NCBI GenBank assembly: GCA_040752415.1
Contig: JBFMGU010000219.1
Coordinates: 1-17,525 of the forward strand
Source of the DNA: Myxococcota bacterium
Lineage (GTDB): Bacteria > Myxococcota > JACRCW01
DNA length: 17,525 nt
Reading direction: 5' to 3'
The notes under the pieces: model-generated
The model's input: the letters and a program-made list of their open reading frames with translations, nothing else
Told to the model about the DNA's origin: nothing
The model's database searches: none
Translations under genes and position numbers: made by a program
Part shown: positions 9,883 to 17,525 of the stretch, piece by piece
Numbering within the stretch: the stretch's first letter is position 1
Layout: each line of letters opens with the position of its first letter

Positions 9883-10422
9883 TCAGCCGGCGCCCGTCTT
9901 GCCCTCCTTCCGCTTGATGACCTCTTCCGCGTACTTGATGCCCTTGCCCTTGTAGGGCTCGGGCGGCCGGAGACTGCGCAGCTTGGCCACCGTGGTGCCC
10001 AGCAGCTGCTTGTCCGCGGAACGCAGCGTGACCTTGGTCAGCTTGTCCACTTCGGCGGTGATGCCCTTGGGCAGGTCAAACGCCACCGGGTGGCTGAAGC
10101 CCAGCGCCAGGTTCAGCACGCTGCCCTTCACTTCCGCCTTGAAACCGACGCCGTTGATCTCCACCGTGCGCTCATACCCGGTGGAAACGCCCTGGACCAT
10201 GTTGCTGATGAGGGTCCGGGTCAGGCCGTAGACGCCCTTCGCCAGGCGGTCCTCGCCCACGCGGGTCACCACCACCTGCTTGCCGTCCACCTTCACCTGG
10301 GTCTTGGGGTGCGCCTGGTGCTCCAGACGGCCCTTGGGCCCTTCCACGACGACCTTCTGTCCACTCACGGTGACCTTGACCTTGTCCGGGATGGCCACCG
10401 GCTTCTTGCCAATGCGAGACAT
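9883..10422 (-). CDS. rplF: 50S ribosomal protein L6
   Basis: MSRIGKKPV, LALGFSHP, RPPEPYKGKGIKY. Confidence 0.99.
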   Translation of the reverse strand: MSRIGKKPVAIPDKVKVTVSGQKVVVEGPKGRLEHQAHPKTQVKVDGKQVVVTRVGEDRLAKGVYGLTRTLISNMVQGVSTGYERTVEINGVGFKAEVKGSVLNLALGFSHPVAFDLPKGITAEVDKLTKVTLRSADKQLLGTTVAKLRSLRPPEPYKGKGIKYAEEVIKRKEGKTGAG

Positions 10423-10474
10423 GGGAAATCTCCTGGATAACGGATTGCTGAAGGGCCGCACCCCTACCGCGGCA

Positions 10475-10870
10475 TCACCAGACCTTGCAGAGCACCTCGC
10501 CGCCCACCTTCTTCGAGCGCGCGTCCTTGTCGGACATCACGCCCTGGCTGGTGGACAGGATGGACATGCCCATGCCGCCACGAACCTGCTCCAGGTCCGC
10601 GTGACCGCGGTAGATGCGCAGGCCGGGCTTGGACACGCGCTCCAGGCCGTCAATGACGCCCTTGCGCTCCTGGTCATACTTCAGCTGGATGTTGATCTTG
10701 CGGCCGGGGCCCTGACCTTCCACCGCCACCGACGTCAGGTAGCCCTCATCCTGCAGGATCTCCGCCACGCGCTGCTTCATCTTGGAGTGCGGAACGGCCA
10801 GGCTGGCGTGGCCGGCCTTCTGCGCGTTCCGAATGCGCGTCAGCAAGTCTGCAATGGGATCCGTCACCAT
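10475..10870 (-). CDS. rpsH: 30S ribosomal protein S8
   Basis: TDPIADLLTRIRNA, RVSKPGLRIY, STSQGVM, GGEVLCKVW. Confidence 0.99.
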   Translation of the reverse strand: MVTDPIADLLTRIRNAQKAGHASLAVPHSKMKQRVAEILQDEGYLTSVAVEGQGPGRKINIQLKYDQERKGVIDGLERVSKPGLRIYRGHADLEQVRGGMGMSILSTSQGVMSDKDARSKKVGGEVLCKVW

Positions 10871-10970
10871 CTTCTACCTCGCGCGTACCGGGACCTCTGG
10901 TTGCCCGGCCGTTCGCATGAAGGACGCCGCGTGAGCCTTGTCAGGCGCGCCGTCCGGAAATTGAGCTCTC

Positions 10971-11156
10971 TTACCAGGACGCCTTGACCACGCCCGGGAC
11001 CTCGCCGCGCAGCGAGCGCTTGCGGAAACACATACGGCACATCTCGAAGTGCCGCAGGTAGGCGCGGGAACGGCCGCAGCTCTTGCAGCGGTTGTACTCG
11101 CGCACCTTGAACTTCTTCTTCTTCTTCATTCCAGCGAGATCGGCGGTGGTAGCCAT
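10971..11156 (-). CDS. rpsN: 30S ribosomal protein S14, type Z (zinc-binding, 61 aa)
   Basis: YNRCKSCGR...MCRMCFR...PGVVKASW. Confidence 0.98.
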   Translation of the reverse strand: MATTADLAGMKKKKKFKVREYNRCKSCGRSRAYLRHFEMCRMCFRKRSLRGEVPGVVKASW

Positions 11157-11171
11157 GGACTACTTCCTCTC

Positions 11172-11840
11172 TTACTTGCGGAACGGCATGCCCAGGTGCG
11201 TCAGGAGGGCACGGCCCTCTGCGTCCGTCGTCGCCGTCGTCACGATGCTGATGTTCATGCCCTTCACCCGGTCCAACTTGTCGTAGTTGATCTCGGGGAA
11301 GATGATCTGCTCACGGATGCCCAGCGTGTAGTTGCCGGCGCCGTCAAAGCCCTTGTTGCTCACGCCGCGGAAGTCGCGCACGCGAGGGAGGGCAATGTTC
11401 ATCAGGCGGTCCAGGAACTCCCACATGTGCGCGCGACGCAGCGTCACCATGGCGCCAATGGGCAGGTTCTCGCGCAGCTTGAAGTTCGCAATGCTCTTCT
11501 TGCTGCGGGTCACCACCGGCTTCTGACCGGTGATCTGCATGAGCTCCTGCTCGGCGCTCTCAATGATCTTGGGGTTCTGCACCGCGGCGCCAAGACCCAT
11601 GTTGATGACCACCTTCTCGACGCGTGGCACCTGCATGGGGTTCTTGTAGTTGAACTCCTTCATCAGGAGCTTGATGACCTCCTTCTCATAGAAGGTCTTC
11701 AAACGCGCGGGCTTGGCGGGGCGCGCCTGCTTGCCGGCCTGGCGTGCAATCTCACCGCCGGCCGCCTCAGCGCCCTTCTTCTCCTTCTTCTTCCCGCCGC
11801 CTTCAGGCTTCTGCGGCTTCTCTGCCTTCTGTTCCGCCAT
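11172..11840 (-). CDS. rplE: 50S ribosomal protein L5 with N-terminal extension
   Basis: [52 protein letters not shown] before ATG 11840. Confidence 0.99.
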   Translation of the reverse strand: MAEQKAEKPQKPEGGGKKKEKKGAEAAGGEIARQAGKQARPAKPARLKTFYEKEVIKLLMKEFNYKNPMQVPRVEKVVINMGLGAAVQNPKIIESAEQELMQITGQKPVVTRSKKSIANFKLRENLPIGAMVTLRRAHMWEFLDRLMNIALPRVRDFRGVSNKGFDGAGNYTLGIREQIIFPEINYDKLDRVKGMNISIVTTATTDAEGRALLTHLGMPFRK

Positions 11841-11916
11841 GTTCGTTCCTCAATTCAGAGCTTGTTCCGCAGGCCCCTTCAAAAACGGGCGCGGGACCAT
11901 GCGTGAAAAAAATCCG

Positions 11917-12243
11917 TCAGTCAATGGCCTCGGTCTTGCCCCGCTTGCCGCGCGCCACGCGGACCTTCTTGCCCGCGTCGGTGAGCCGGTAGCCCACGCG
12001 CACGCCCTGGTCGCTCTTGGGCGCCACCAGCATGACCTTGGAGATGGGGATGAGCGCCGGCATCTCCACAATGCCGCCCTGCGGGTACTTCTTGGACTTG
12101 TTGGCCTGGATGTGCTTCTTGATCTGCGCCACACCCTCGACGCGAATCATCTGCTCCTCGGGGAGGACTTCCAGGACCTTCCCGGTGCGGCCCTTGTGGC
12201 TGCCGGAGATGACCTTGACCGTGTCGTTCTTCTTGATCTTCAT
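11917..12243 (-). CDS. rplX: 50S ribosomal protein L24
   Basis: MKIKKNDTVKVISGSHKGRTGKVL (KOW), QGGIVE, GKKVRV. Confidence 0.98.
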   Translation of the reverse strand: MKIKKNDTVKVISGSHKGRTGKVLEVLPEEQMIRVEGVAQIKKHIQANKSKKYPQGGIVEMPALIPISKVMLVAPKSDQGVRVGYRLTDAGKKVRVARGKRGKTEAID

Positions 12244-12284
12244 GACGTGCGTCCTCAGATGACGGGCCGTACCGCGGGTGGCGG

Positions 12285-12653
<369 letters not shown>

Positions 12654-12734
12654 GGCAAACCTCCTTCAATCCCGCGGCACCGTGTCCGCCCGTTCTTTGG
12701 CGGCTGACCGCCTGCCCCCTCAGTCCCTACCGCC

Positions 12735-13025
12735 TCAGCGCTCGGTGGCCCGCGCCGTGATCTTCTGCAGACGCCAGCGCTTGGTGCGGCTCAGCGGCCG
12801 GCACTCCACCACCACCACGGTGTCGCCAATCTTGGCCTCACCGCGCTCATCATGCGCCTTGAAGCGCGCCCGACGACGCACGTACTTGCCGTAGACGGGG
12901 TGCTTCACCATCCGGGTGACCTCGACCGTGATGGTCTTCATCATCTTGTTGCTGGTCACCACGCCGGTCATGGTCTTCTTGTTGCGGCGGGGCTCGGCGC
13001 CCTCGGCCTTCTGTGCCTCAGCCAT
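12735..13025 (-). CDS. rpsQ: 30S ribosomal protein S17
   Basis: GVVTSNKMMKTITV, HPVYGKYV, ECRPLSRTKRW; ATG overlaps rpmC stop (TGATG). Confidence 0.99.
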   Translation of the reverse strand: MAEAQKAEGAEPRRNKKTMTGVVTSNKMMKTITVEVTRMVKHPVYGKYVRRRARFKAHDERGEAKIGDTVVVVECRPLSRTKRWRLQKITARATER

Positions 13026-13243
13026 CACTTCTTCTCCGTCTTCTGGGCGGTCTGCGCGGCGCGCTCGCTCTTCACGGTGAGCATGCGGGCCAGGTCACGA
13101 CGCTGGCGACGCAGACTGGCCGTGTCCTCCAGCTGCCGCGTGGCGTGCTTGTAACGCGTGTCAAAGATGGCCTTCCGGAGCGCCTTCTCCTCGGTGGCCA
13201 GATCCTCGTCGCTCTTGGCGCGGATTTCCTTGGCGTTGGGCAT
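13025..13243 (-). CDS. rpmC: 50S ribosomal protein L29
   Basis: AKEIRAKSDEDL...ATRQLEDTASLRRQRRDLARMLTV; position between rplP and rpsQ. Alternative GTG start at 13261. Confidence 0.95.
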   Translation of the reverse strand: MPNAKEIRAKSDEDLATEEKALRKAIFDTRYKHATRQLEDTASLRRQRRDLARMLTVKSERAAQTAQKTEKK

Positions 13244-13257
13244 GGTCCTGTTTCCTT

Positions 13258-13674
13258 TCACTGCGCCATGTGGCGTCCGATGACGCGCGTCTTGACGTTG
13301 AGCTTGTGACCCGCCAGGCGGAACGCCTCCTTGGCAATGTCCTCGGTCACGCCTTCCATCTCGTAGAGGACGCGACCAGGAAGGACCACGGCCACCCAGT
13401 TCTCCACCGGGCCCTTGCCGTGACCCATGCGGGTCTCCGCGGGCTTCTTCACCAGCGGCTTGTCCGGGAAGATGCGGATCCAGATCTTGCCACCGCGCTT
13501 GACGTGGCGGGTCATGGCAATACGCGCCGCCTCAATCTGGCGCTGGGTGATGCGGCCGCGCTCGGTGGCCTGCAGGCCCCAGTCGCCAAAGGCCAGATCA
13601 TTACCACGGTACGCCTTGCCGGCCAGGCGCCCCTTGTTCTGCTTGCGCCACTTCATTCGTGAGGGCTGCAACAT
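13258..13674 (-). CDS. rplP: 50S ribosomal protein L16
   Basis: [33 protein letters not shown]. Confidence 0.99.
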   Translation of the reverse strand: MLQPSRMKWRKQNKGRLAGKAYRGNDLAFGDWGLQATERGRITQRQIEAARIAMTRHVKRGGKIWIRIFPDKPLVKKPAETRMGHGKGPVENWVAVVLPGRVLYEMEGVTEDIAKEAFRLAGHKLNVKTRVIGRHMAQ

Positions 13675-13727
13675 GATGCCTACTCCTTGCTTCTCTCAGT
13701 GCCTTCGTCGCGGGTCAGCGGCCTGGC

Positions 13728-14378
13728 TCAGGCCCTGTGGGTCGCGGCGGAGCGCGCCAGGACCTCGCCCTTGAAGATCCACACCTTGACGCCAATGACG
13801 CCGTAGGTGGTCTTTGCCTCGGAGAACCCGAAGTCGATGTCCGCGCGCAGCGTGTGCAGCGGAACCCGACCTTCGCGGTACCACTCGTAGCGGGCCATCT
13901 CGGCGCCACCCAGGCGGCCGGCGCAGGAGATACGGACGCCCTTGGCGCCGAACTTCATGGCCGTCTGCATGGACTTCTTCATGGCGCGACGGAAAGCCAC
14001 GCGACGCTCCAGCTGCTGCGCCACGTTCTCCGCCACCAGCTGCGCATCCGTCTCGGCCTTGCGGACCTCGTGGATGTTCAGGAAGACCTCATTCTCCGTG
14101 AACTTCTGGATGTCCTTCTTGAGGCCCTCAATGCCGGCGCCCTTCTTGCCGATGACGATGCCCGGGCGCGCGGTGTGCACGTTGATCTTGCACTTGTTGG
14201 CCGCGCGCTCGATCTCCACGCGGGAGATGCCCGAGCTCTTCAGCTTCTCGTGGATGTACTCACGCAGCTTCAGATCCTCGTGAAGCCACTTGGAGTACCC
14301 CTTCTCGCGGTACCACTTGGAGTCCCAGCTCCGGATGATTCCCAGCCGAAACCCGGTTGGATTGACCTTCTGACCCAC
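13728..14378 (-). CDS. rpsC: 30S ribosomal protein S3
   Basis: GTG start [13 protein letters not shown] with [32 protein letters not shown]. Confidence 0.99.
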   Translation of the reverse strand: MGQKVNPTGFRLGIIRSWDSKWYREKGYSKWLHEDLKLREYIHEKLKSSGISRVEIERAANKCKINVHTARPGIVIGKKGAGIEGLKKDIQKFTENEVFLNIHEVRKAETDAQLVAENVAQQLERRVAFRRAMKKSMQTAMKFGAKGVRISCAGRLGGAEMARYEWYREGRVPLHTLRADIDFGFSEAKTTYGVIGVKVWIFKGEVLARSAATHRA

Positions 14379-14448
14379 GACGAACCTCCAAAAGAACGAT
14401 CCGGCAAAATTCAGGGGCGCGGGCTTAAACACCACCCGCCGTGATTAA

Positions 14449-14841
14449 TCAAGCGCCTTTGGTACCCAGGAACACGGTGACGTGGCTGGTGCGCTTGCGG
14501 ATGCGGGTGGCGCGACCCATGGCGCGCGGCATGTAGCGACGAGCCGTGGGACCACCATCCACCTGCACCTTGGCCACGGTCAGCTCATCCAGGTCCACGC
14601 CGCCGCGGGTCTCCGCGTTGGCAATGGCGCTGCTGATCAGCTTGCGCAGCGGACGCGCCGCGGCACGCAGGCTGAACGCCAGGGTGCTCAGCGCATGCGC
14701 CACCGTCATGCCCTCAATGCGGTCCGCCACTGCGCGGATCTTCCGCGGGCTCATCCGCAGGGCGGTGAGCGTGGCCTGGGGGGGCGCTTCCTTGCGGGCC
14801 TGCTTACGGCGATTGGCCTTCTCTCTCTCACGCGTGCTCAT
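14449..14841 (-). CDS. rplV: 50S ribosomal protein L22 with N-terminal extension
   Basis: RMSPRKIR, SAIANAE, PRAMGRATRIRKRTSHVTV; ATG 14841 lies 7 nt after the rpsS stop. Confidence 0.98.
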   Translation of the reverse strand: MSTREREKANRRKQARKEAPPQATLTALRMSPRKIRAVADRIEGMTVAHALSTLAFSLRAAARPLRKLISSAIANAETRGGVDLDELTVAKVQVDGGPTARRYMPRAMGRATRIRKRTSHVTVFLGTKGA

Positions 14842-14848
14842 GGCATCC

Positions 14849-15130
14849 TCACTTCTTGGCCGCGACCTTCTTGTCACCCACGTGGCCGTGGAAGGTGCGC
14901 GTGGGCGCAAACTCCCCCAGCTTGTGGCCCACCATGTTCTCGCTGACGAACACCGGCACGAACTTGCGGCCGTTGTGGACCGCAAACGTGTGACCGACGA
15001 ACTCCGGCAGGATGGTGGAGCGCCGGGACCAGGTCTTGATCACCTTGCGCTGACCCTGCCGGTTCAGCTCATCCACCTTCTTGGCGACGTGCTGGTCCAC
15101 AAAGGGACCCTTCTTGACGGAACGGGGCAT
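14849..15130 (-). CDS. rpsS: 30S ribosomal protein S19
   Basis: [34 protein letters not shown]. Confidence 0.99.
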   Translation of the reverse strand: MPRSVKKGPFVDQHVAKKVDELNRQGQRKVIKTWSRRSTILPEFVGHTFAVHNGRKFVPVFVSENMVGHKLGEFAPTRTFHGHVGDKKVAAKK

Positions 15131-15138
15131 GGTCTACC

Positions 15139-15960
15139 TCACTTGCGGCGCTTGATGATGCGGTTGTCGGTCCGCTTGTTGTTGCGGGTCTTGTGACCCT
15201 TGGTGGGAACGCCCCACGGGGTGCACGGATGACGGCCACCGGAGGTGCGGCCTTCGCCGCCGCCCATGGGGTGGTCCACCGGGTTCATGGTCACACCGCG
15301 GTTGTGCGGCATCCGGCCACGCCAGCGCGACGCACCGGCCTTGCCCAGCCGGATGTTCTCGTGGTCCAGGTTGCCCACCTGACCCACCGTGGCCTTGCAC
15401 AGCACGTGGACCTTGCGGACCTCACCGGAGGGAAGGCGAATCTGCGCCTCATCACCCTCCTTGGCCATGAGCTGCGCGCCACCACCCGCGGAGCGCACCA
15501 GCTGGCCGCCGCCGCCCGGCTGCAGCTCCACGTTGTGGATGGTGGTGCCCACCGGGATGTTCTTGAGCGGAAGCGCGTTGCCCGGCTTGATGTCGGCGCC
15601 CTCGCCGGAGACCACCTGGTCACCAACGTTCAGACCCACCGGGGCCAGGATGTAGCGCTTCTCACCGTCCACATAGTGGAGCAGCGCAATACGCGCGGTG
15701 CGGTTGGGGTCGTACTCAATCGCCGCCACCTTGGCCGGGACGTTCAGCTTGTCCCGACGGAAGTCGATCATGCGGTAGCGACGCTTGTGACCGCCGCCGC
15801 GGAAGCGCACCGTGATGCGGCCCTGGTTGTTGCGGCCGTTGATGCTCTTGTGCGGAGCAAGCAGGCCCTTCTCGGGCTTGCTCTTGGTGATCTCGGCAAA
15901 ATCCGGCCCCGTGGTCAGACGCCGTGCTGCGCTGGTGGGGCGAAACCTCTTGATACCCAT
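15139..15960 (-). CDS. rplB: 50S ribosomal protein L2
   Basis: [35 protein letters not shown]. Confidence 0.99.
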   Translation of the reverse strand: MGIKRFRPTSAARRLTTGPDFAEITKSKPEKGLLAPHKSINGRNNQGRITVRFRGGGHKRRYRMIDFRRDKLNVPAKVAAIEYDPNRTARIALLHYVDGEKRYILAPVGLNVGDQVVSGEGADIKPGNALPLKNIPVGTTIHNVELQPGGGGQLVRSAGGGAQLMAKEGDEAQIRLPSGEVRKVHVLCKATVGQVGNLDHENIRLGKAGASRWRGRMPHNRGVTMNPVDHPMGGGEGRTSGGRHPCTPWGVPTKGHKTRNNKRTDNRIIKRRK

Positions 15961-16029
15961 GTCTTCCTCCCTGCCCTGGCCCCGGCAACGCCGGATATCG
16001 GCAGGCTAAGCTCGCCTAAAAAGAGCGAA

Positions 16030-16326
16030 TCAGGTCTCCGCGCCCTGTCCGAGCACGTCAATGTCATCCCCTTCCTTCAGGGTGACAATGGCCTTCTTCC
16101 AGTTGGAGCGCAGGCCCGTGTTCCGACCCACGCGCTTGGTCTTGCCGCGGTAGCTCATGGTGGTGACATCCACCACGGTCACGTTGAACGCGCTCTCCAC
16201 GGCCTGCTTGATCTGGTGCTTGTTGGCGGACTTGACGACGTCAAAGGCCACCTTGTTGGCCTCCGCCTTCAGGGCGGACGCCTTCTCCGTCACCAGCGGC
16301 TTCCGGATGATTCCCAGGATGTCCAT
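16030..16326 (-). CDS. rplW: 50S ribosomal protein L23
   Basis: IIRKPLVTEKA, ANKHQIKQAVE, WKKAIVTL; ATG 16326 after GGAGG. Confidence 0.99.
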   Translation of the reverse strand: MDILGIIRKPLVTEKASALKAEANKVAFDVVKSANKHQIKQAVESAFNVTVVDVTTMSYRGKTKRVGRNTGLRSNWKKAIVTLKEGDDIDVLGQGAET

Positions 16327-16339
16327 GTTCGCCTCCGTC

Positions 16340-16960
16340 TCAGCCCTGGAGCCGGGTCTCAAGAGCCTTGAGCGCCGGTTCCGTGATGACCATGTGGCCG
16401 AACTTCAGGACGTCATAGACGTTCACGCCCGGCTGCGAGAGATACTTGAAGGTGTGCAGGTTGCTGATGGACTTCTTGAGGTTGGGGTTGTTCACGTCCA
16501 CCAGCAGACCCCGGTCCAGGCCCAGCGCCTTGAGCGCCGCCTGGGCATCCTTGGTCTTGGGGGCCTTGACGTCCCAGTTCCGCACCACCACCAGCCGGTT
16601 CTCCTTCACCAGCTGGCTGAGCGCCACGCGCAGCGCGCCCTGCTTCACCTTCTTGTTGACGTGAAACGCGTAGGAGCGGGGCTGCGGACCAAACACAATG
16701 GCTCCGCCCACCTTCAACGGCGTCTTCACGTCACCCATGCGGGCGCGGCCGGTGTGCTTCTGGCCGTACGGCTTCTTGTTGGTGCCGTGCACCTCACCGC
16801 GGCGCTTGGTGGCGTGCGTGCCCTGGCGCTTGAGCGCCTGCTGCCACTTCACCACCTCCCACAGCAGTGCGGAGTTCATGGGGGCGCCAAAGACGTCGTC
16901 AGAGACGTCCACGTCGCCAACCTTGTTCTTCTTCAAATCCACAACGGCGAGCTTGGCCAT
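16340..16960 (-). CDS. rplD: 50S ribosomal protein L4
   Basis: RQGTHATKRRGEV, QKHTGRAR, FGPQPRSY, PKTK, VNVYDVL. Confidence 0.98.
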   Translation of the reverse strand: MAKLAVVDLKKNKVGDVDVSDDVFGAPMNSALLWEVVKWQQALKRQGTHATKRRGEVHGTNKKPYGQKHTGRARMGDVKTPLKVGGAIVFGPQPRSYAFHVNKKVKQGALRVALSQLVKENRLVVVRNWDVKAPKTKDAQAALKALGLDRGLLVDVNNPNLKKSISNLHTFKYLSQPGVNVYDVLKFGHMVITEPALKALETRLQG

Positions 16961-16972
16961 GGCTGTCTCCGG

Positions 16973-17281
16973 TTAGCTCTTGATTTCCACGTCCACGCCC
17001 GCGGACAGGTCCAACTTCATGAGGGCGTCCAGCGTCTGCTGGGTGGGCTCCAGGATGTCCAGGAGGCGCTTGTGCGTGCGAATCTCGAACTGCTCACGGG
17101 ACTTCTTGTCCACGTGCGGGCTCCGCAGCACCGTCCACTTGGAGATCTTGGTCGGCAGGGGGATGGGTCCCGCCACCTTGGCGCCGGTACGACGCGCCGT
17201 CTCCACAATCTCCCCGGCACTCTGGTCCAGGAGCTTGTAGTCATAGGCCTTCAGACGGATGCGAATCTTGTGGCTGGGCAT
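16973..17281 (-). CDS. rpsJ: 30S ribosomal protein S10
   Basis: [41 protein letters not shown] 17281 after GGAGG. Confidence 0.99.
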   Translation of the reverse strand: MPSHKIRIRLKAYDYKLLDQSAGEIVETARRTGAKVAGPIPLPTKISKWTVLRSPHVDKKSREQFEIRTHKRLLDILEPTQQTLDALMKLDLSAGVDVEIKS

Positions 17282-17339
17282 GAAGCGCCCTCCGAATTGC
17301 TCTCCCTGCAGCGGGAGATTTCCTGAATCTCTGGAGACA

Positions 17340-17370
17340 GCACTGCCGGCGCTCTTGGCGCCGGCAGCGC
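17340..17370 (-). promoter_or_regulatory. Strong hairpin between tuf and rpsJ (no U-tract)
   Basis: Minus-strand GCGCTGCCGGCGC-CAAGA-GCGCCGGCAGTGC: 13-bp stem with one G-U pair, 21 nt after the tuf stop. Confidence 0.55.
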
Positions 17371-17391
17371 CCACCAAATCCCTTCGACCTC

Positions 17392-17525
17392 TTACTCGAT
17401 GACCTCGGCCACCACGCCGGCGCCCACGGTGCGACCACCCTCACGGATGGCGAACCGCAGCTCCTTCTCCATGGCCACCGGGGTGATCAACTCCACCGTC
17501 ATGGTGATGTTGTCGCCCGGCATCA
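17392..17525 (-). CDS. tuf: Elongation factor Tu, C-terminal end (partial)
   Basis: Manual translation [47 protein letters not shown]. Confidence 0.99.
   Translation of the reverse strand, partial: MPGDNITMTVELITPVAMEKELRFAIREGGRTVGAGVVAEVIE

Noticed and set aside
11113..11127. (AAG)5 run in rpsN as a slippage or phase-variation site
   Set aside because: In-frame poly-Lys in a basic ribosomal protein; the gene has the normal 61-aa length.
14842..17377. Long N-terminal extensions in the ORF track for rplV (14985), rplW (16362) and rpsJ (17377), likewise rpsC (14435), rplF, rplR and rpoA
   Set aside because: Artefacts of choosing the most upstream start; downstream starts have proper RBSs and match conserved N-termini.

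Overview
High-GC bacterial DNA, probably Myxococcota/deltaproteobacterial (inferred from the SecY C-terminus [10 protein letters not shown], the RpoA N-terminus [10 protein letters not shown], and extended L5/S11/L30). About 15 kb (2368-17525, minus strand) is the tuf-S10-spc-alpha ribosomal protein supercluster: tuf(3' end), rpsJ, rplD, rplW, rplB, rpsS, rplV, rpsC, rplP, rpmC, rpsQ, rplN, rplX, rplE, rpsN(Z), rpsH, rplF, rplR, rpsE, rpmD, rplO, secY, adk, rpmJ, rpsM, rpsK, rpsD, rpoA, rplQ. Departures from the textbook cluster: rplC (L3) is cleanly missing between rpsJ and rplD; map and infA are absent and a good sigma70-type promoter lies between adk and rpmJ; L4 has a divergent exit-tunnel loop (QKHTG); several proteins carry terminal extensions; the alpha-region spacers are long and hairpin-rich. 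Downstream on the same strand are a degenerate DOT1-like SAM methyltransferase and an acyl-CoA dehydrogenase closely resembling mitochondrial MCAD. The first 126 nt look like the right end of an IS21-family element (istB tail plus tandem-repeat IR ending in CA) inserted into a plus-strand gene, whose receiver-domain-like 3' remnant follows. I found no convincing wholly new multi-gene system; the best leads are the missing rplC, the L4 loop, the methyltransferase and the structured spacers. All family assignments are from motif recognition without database searches.
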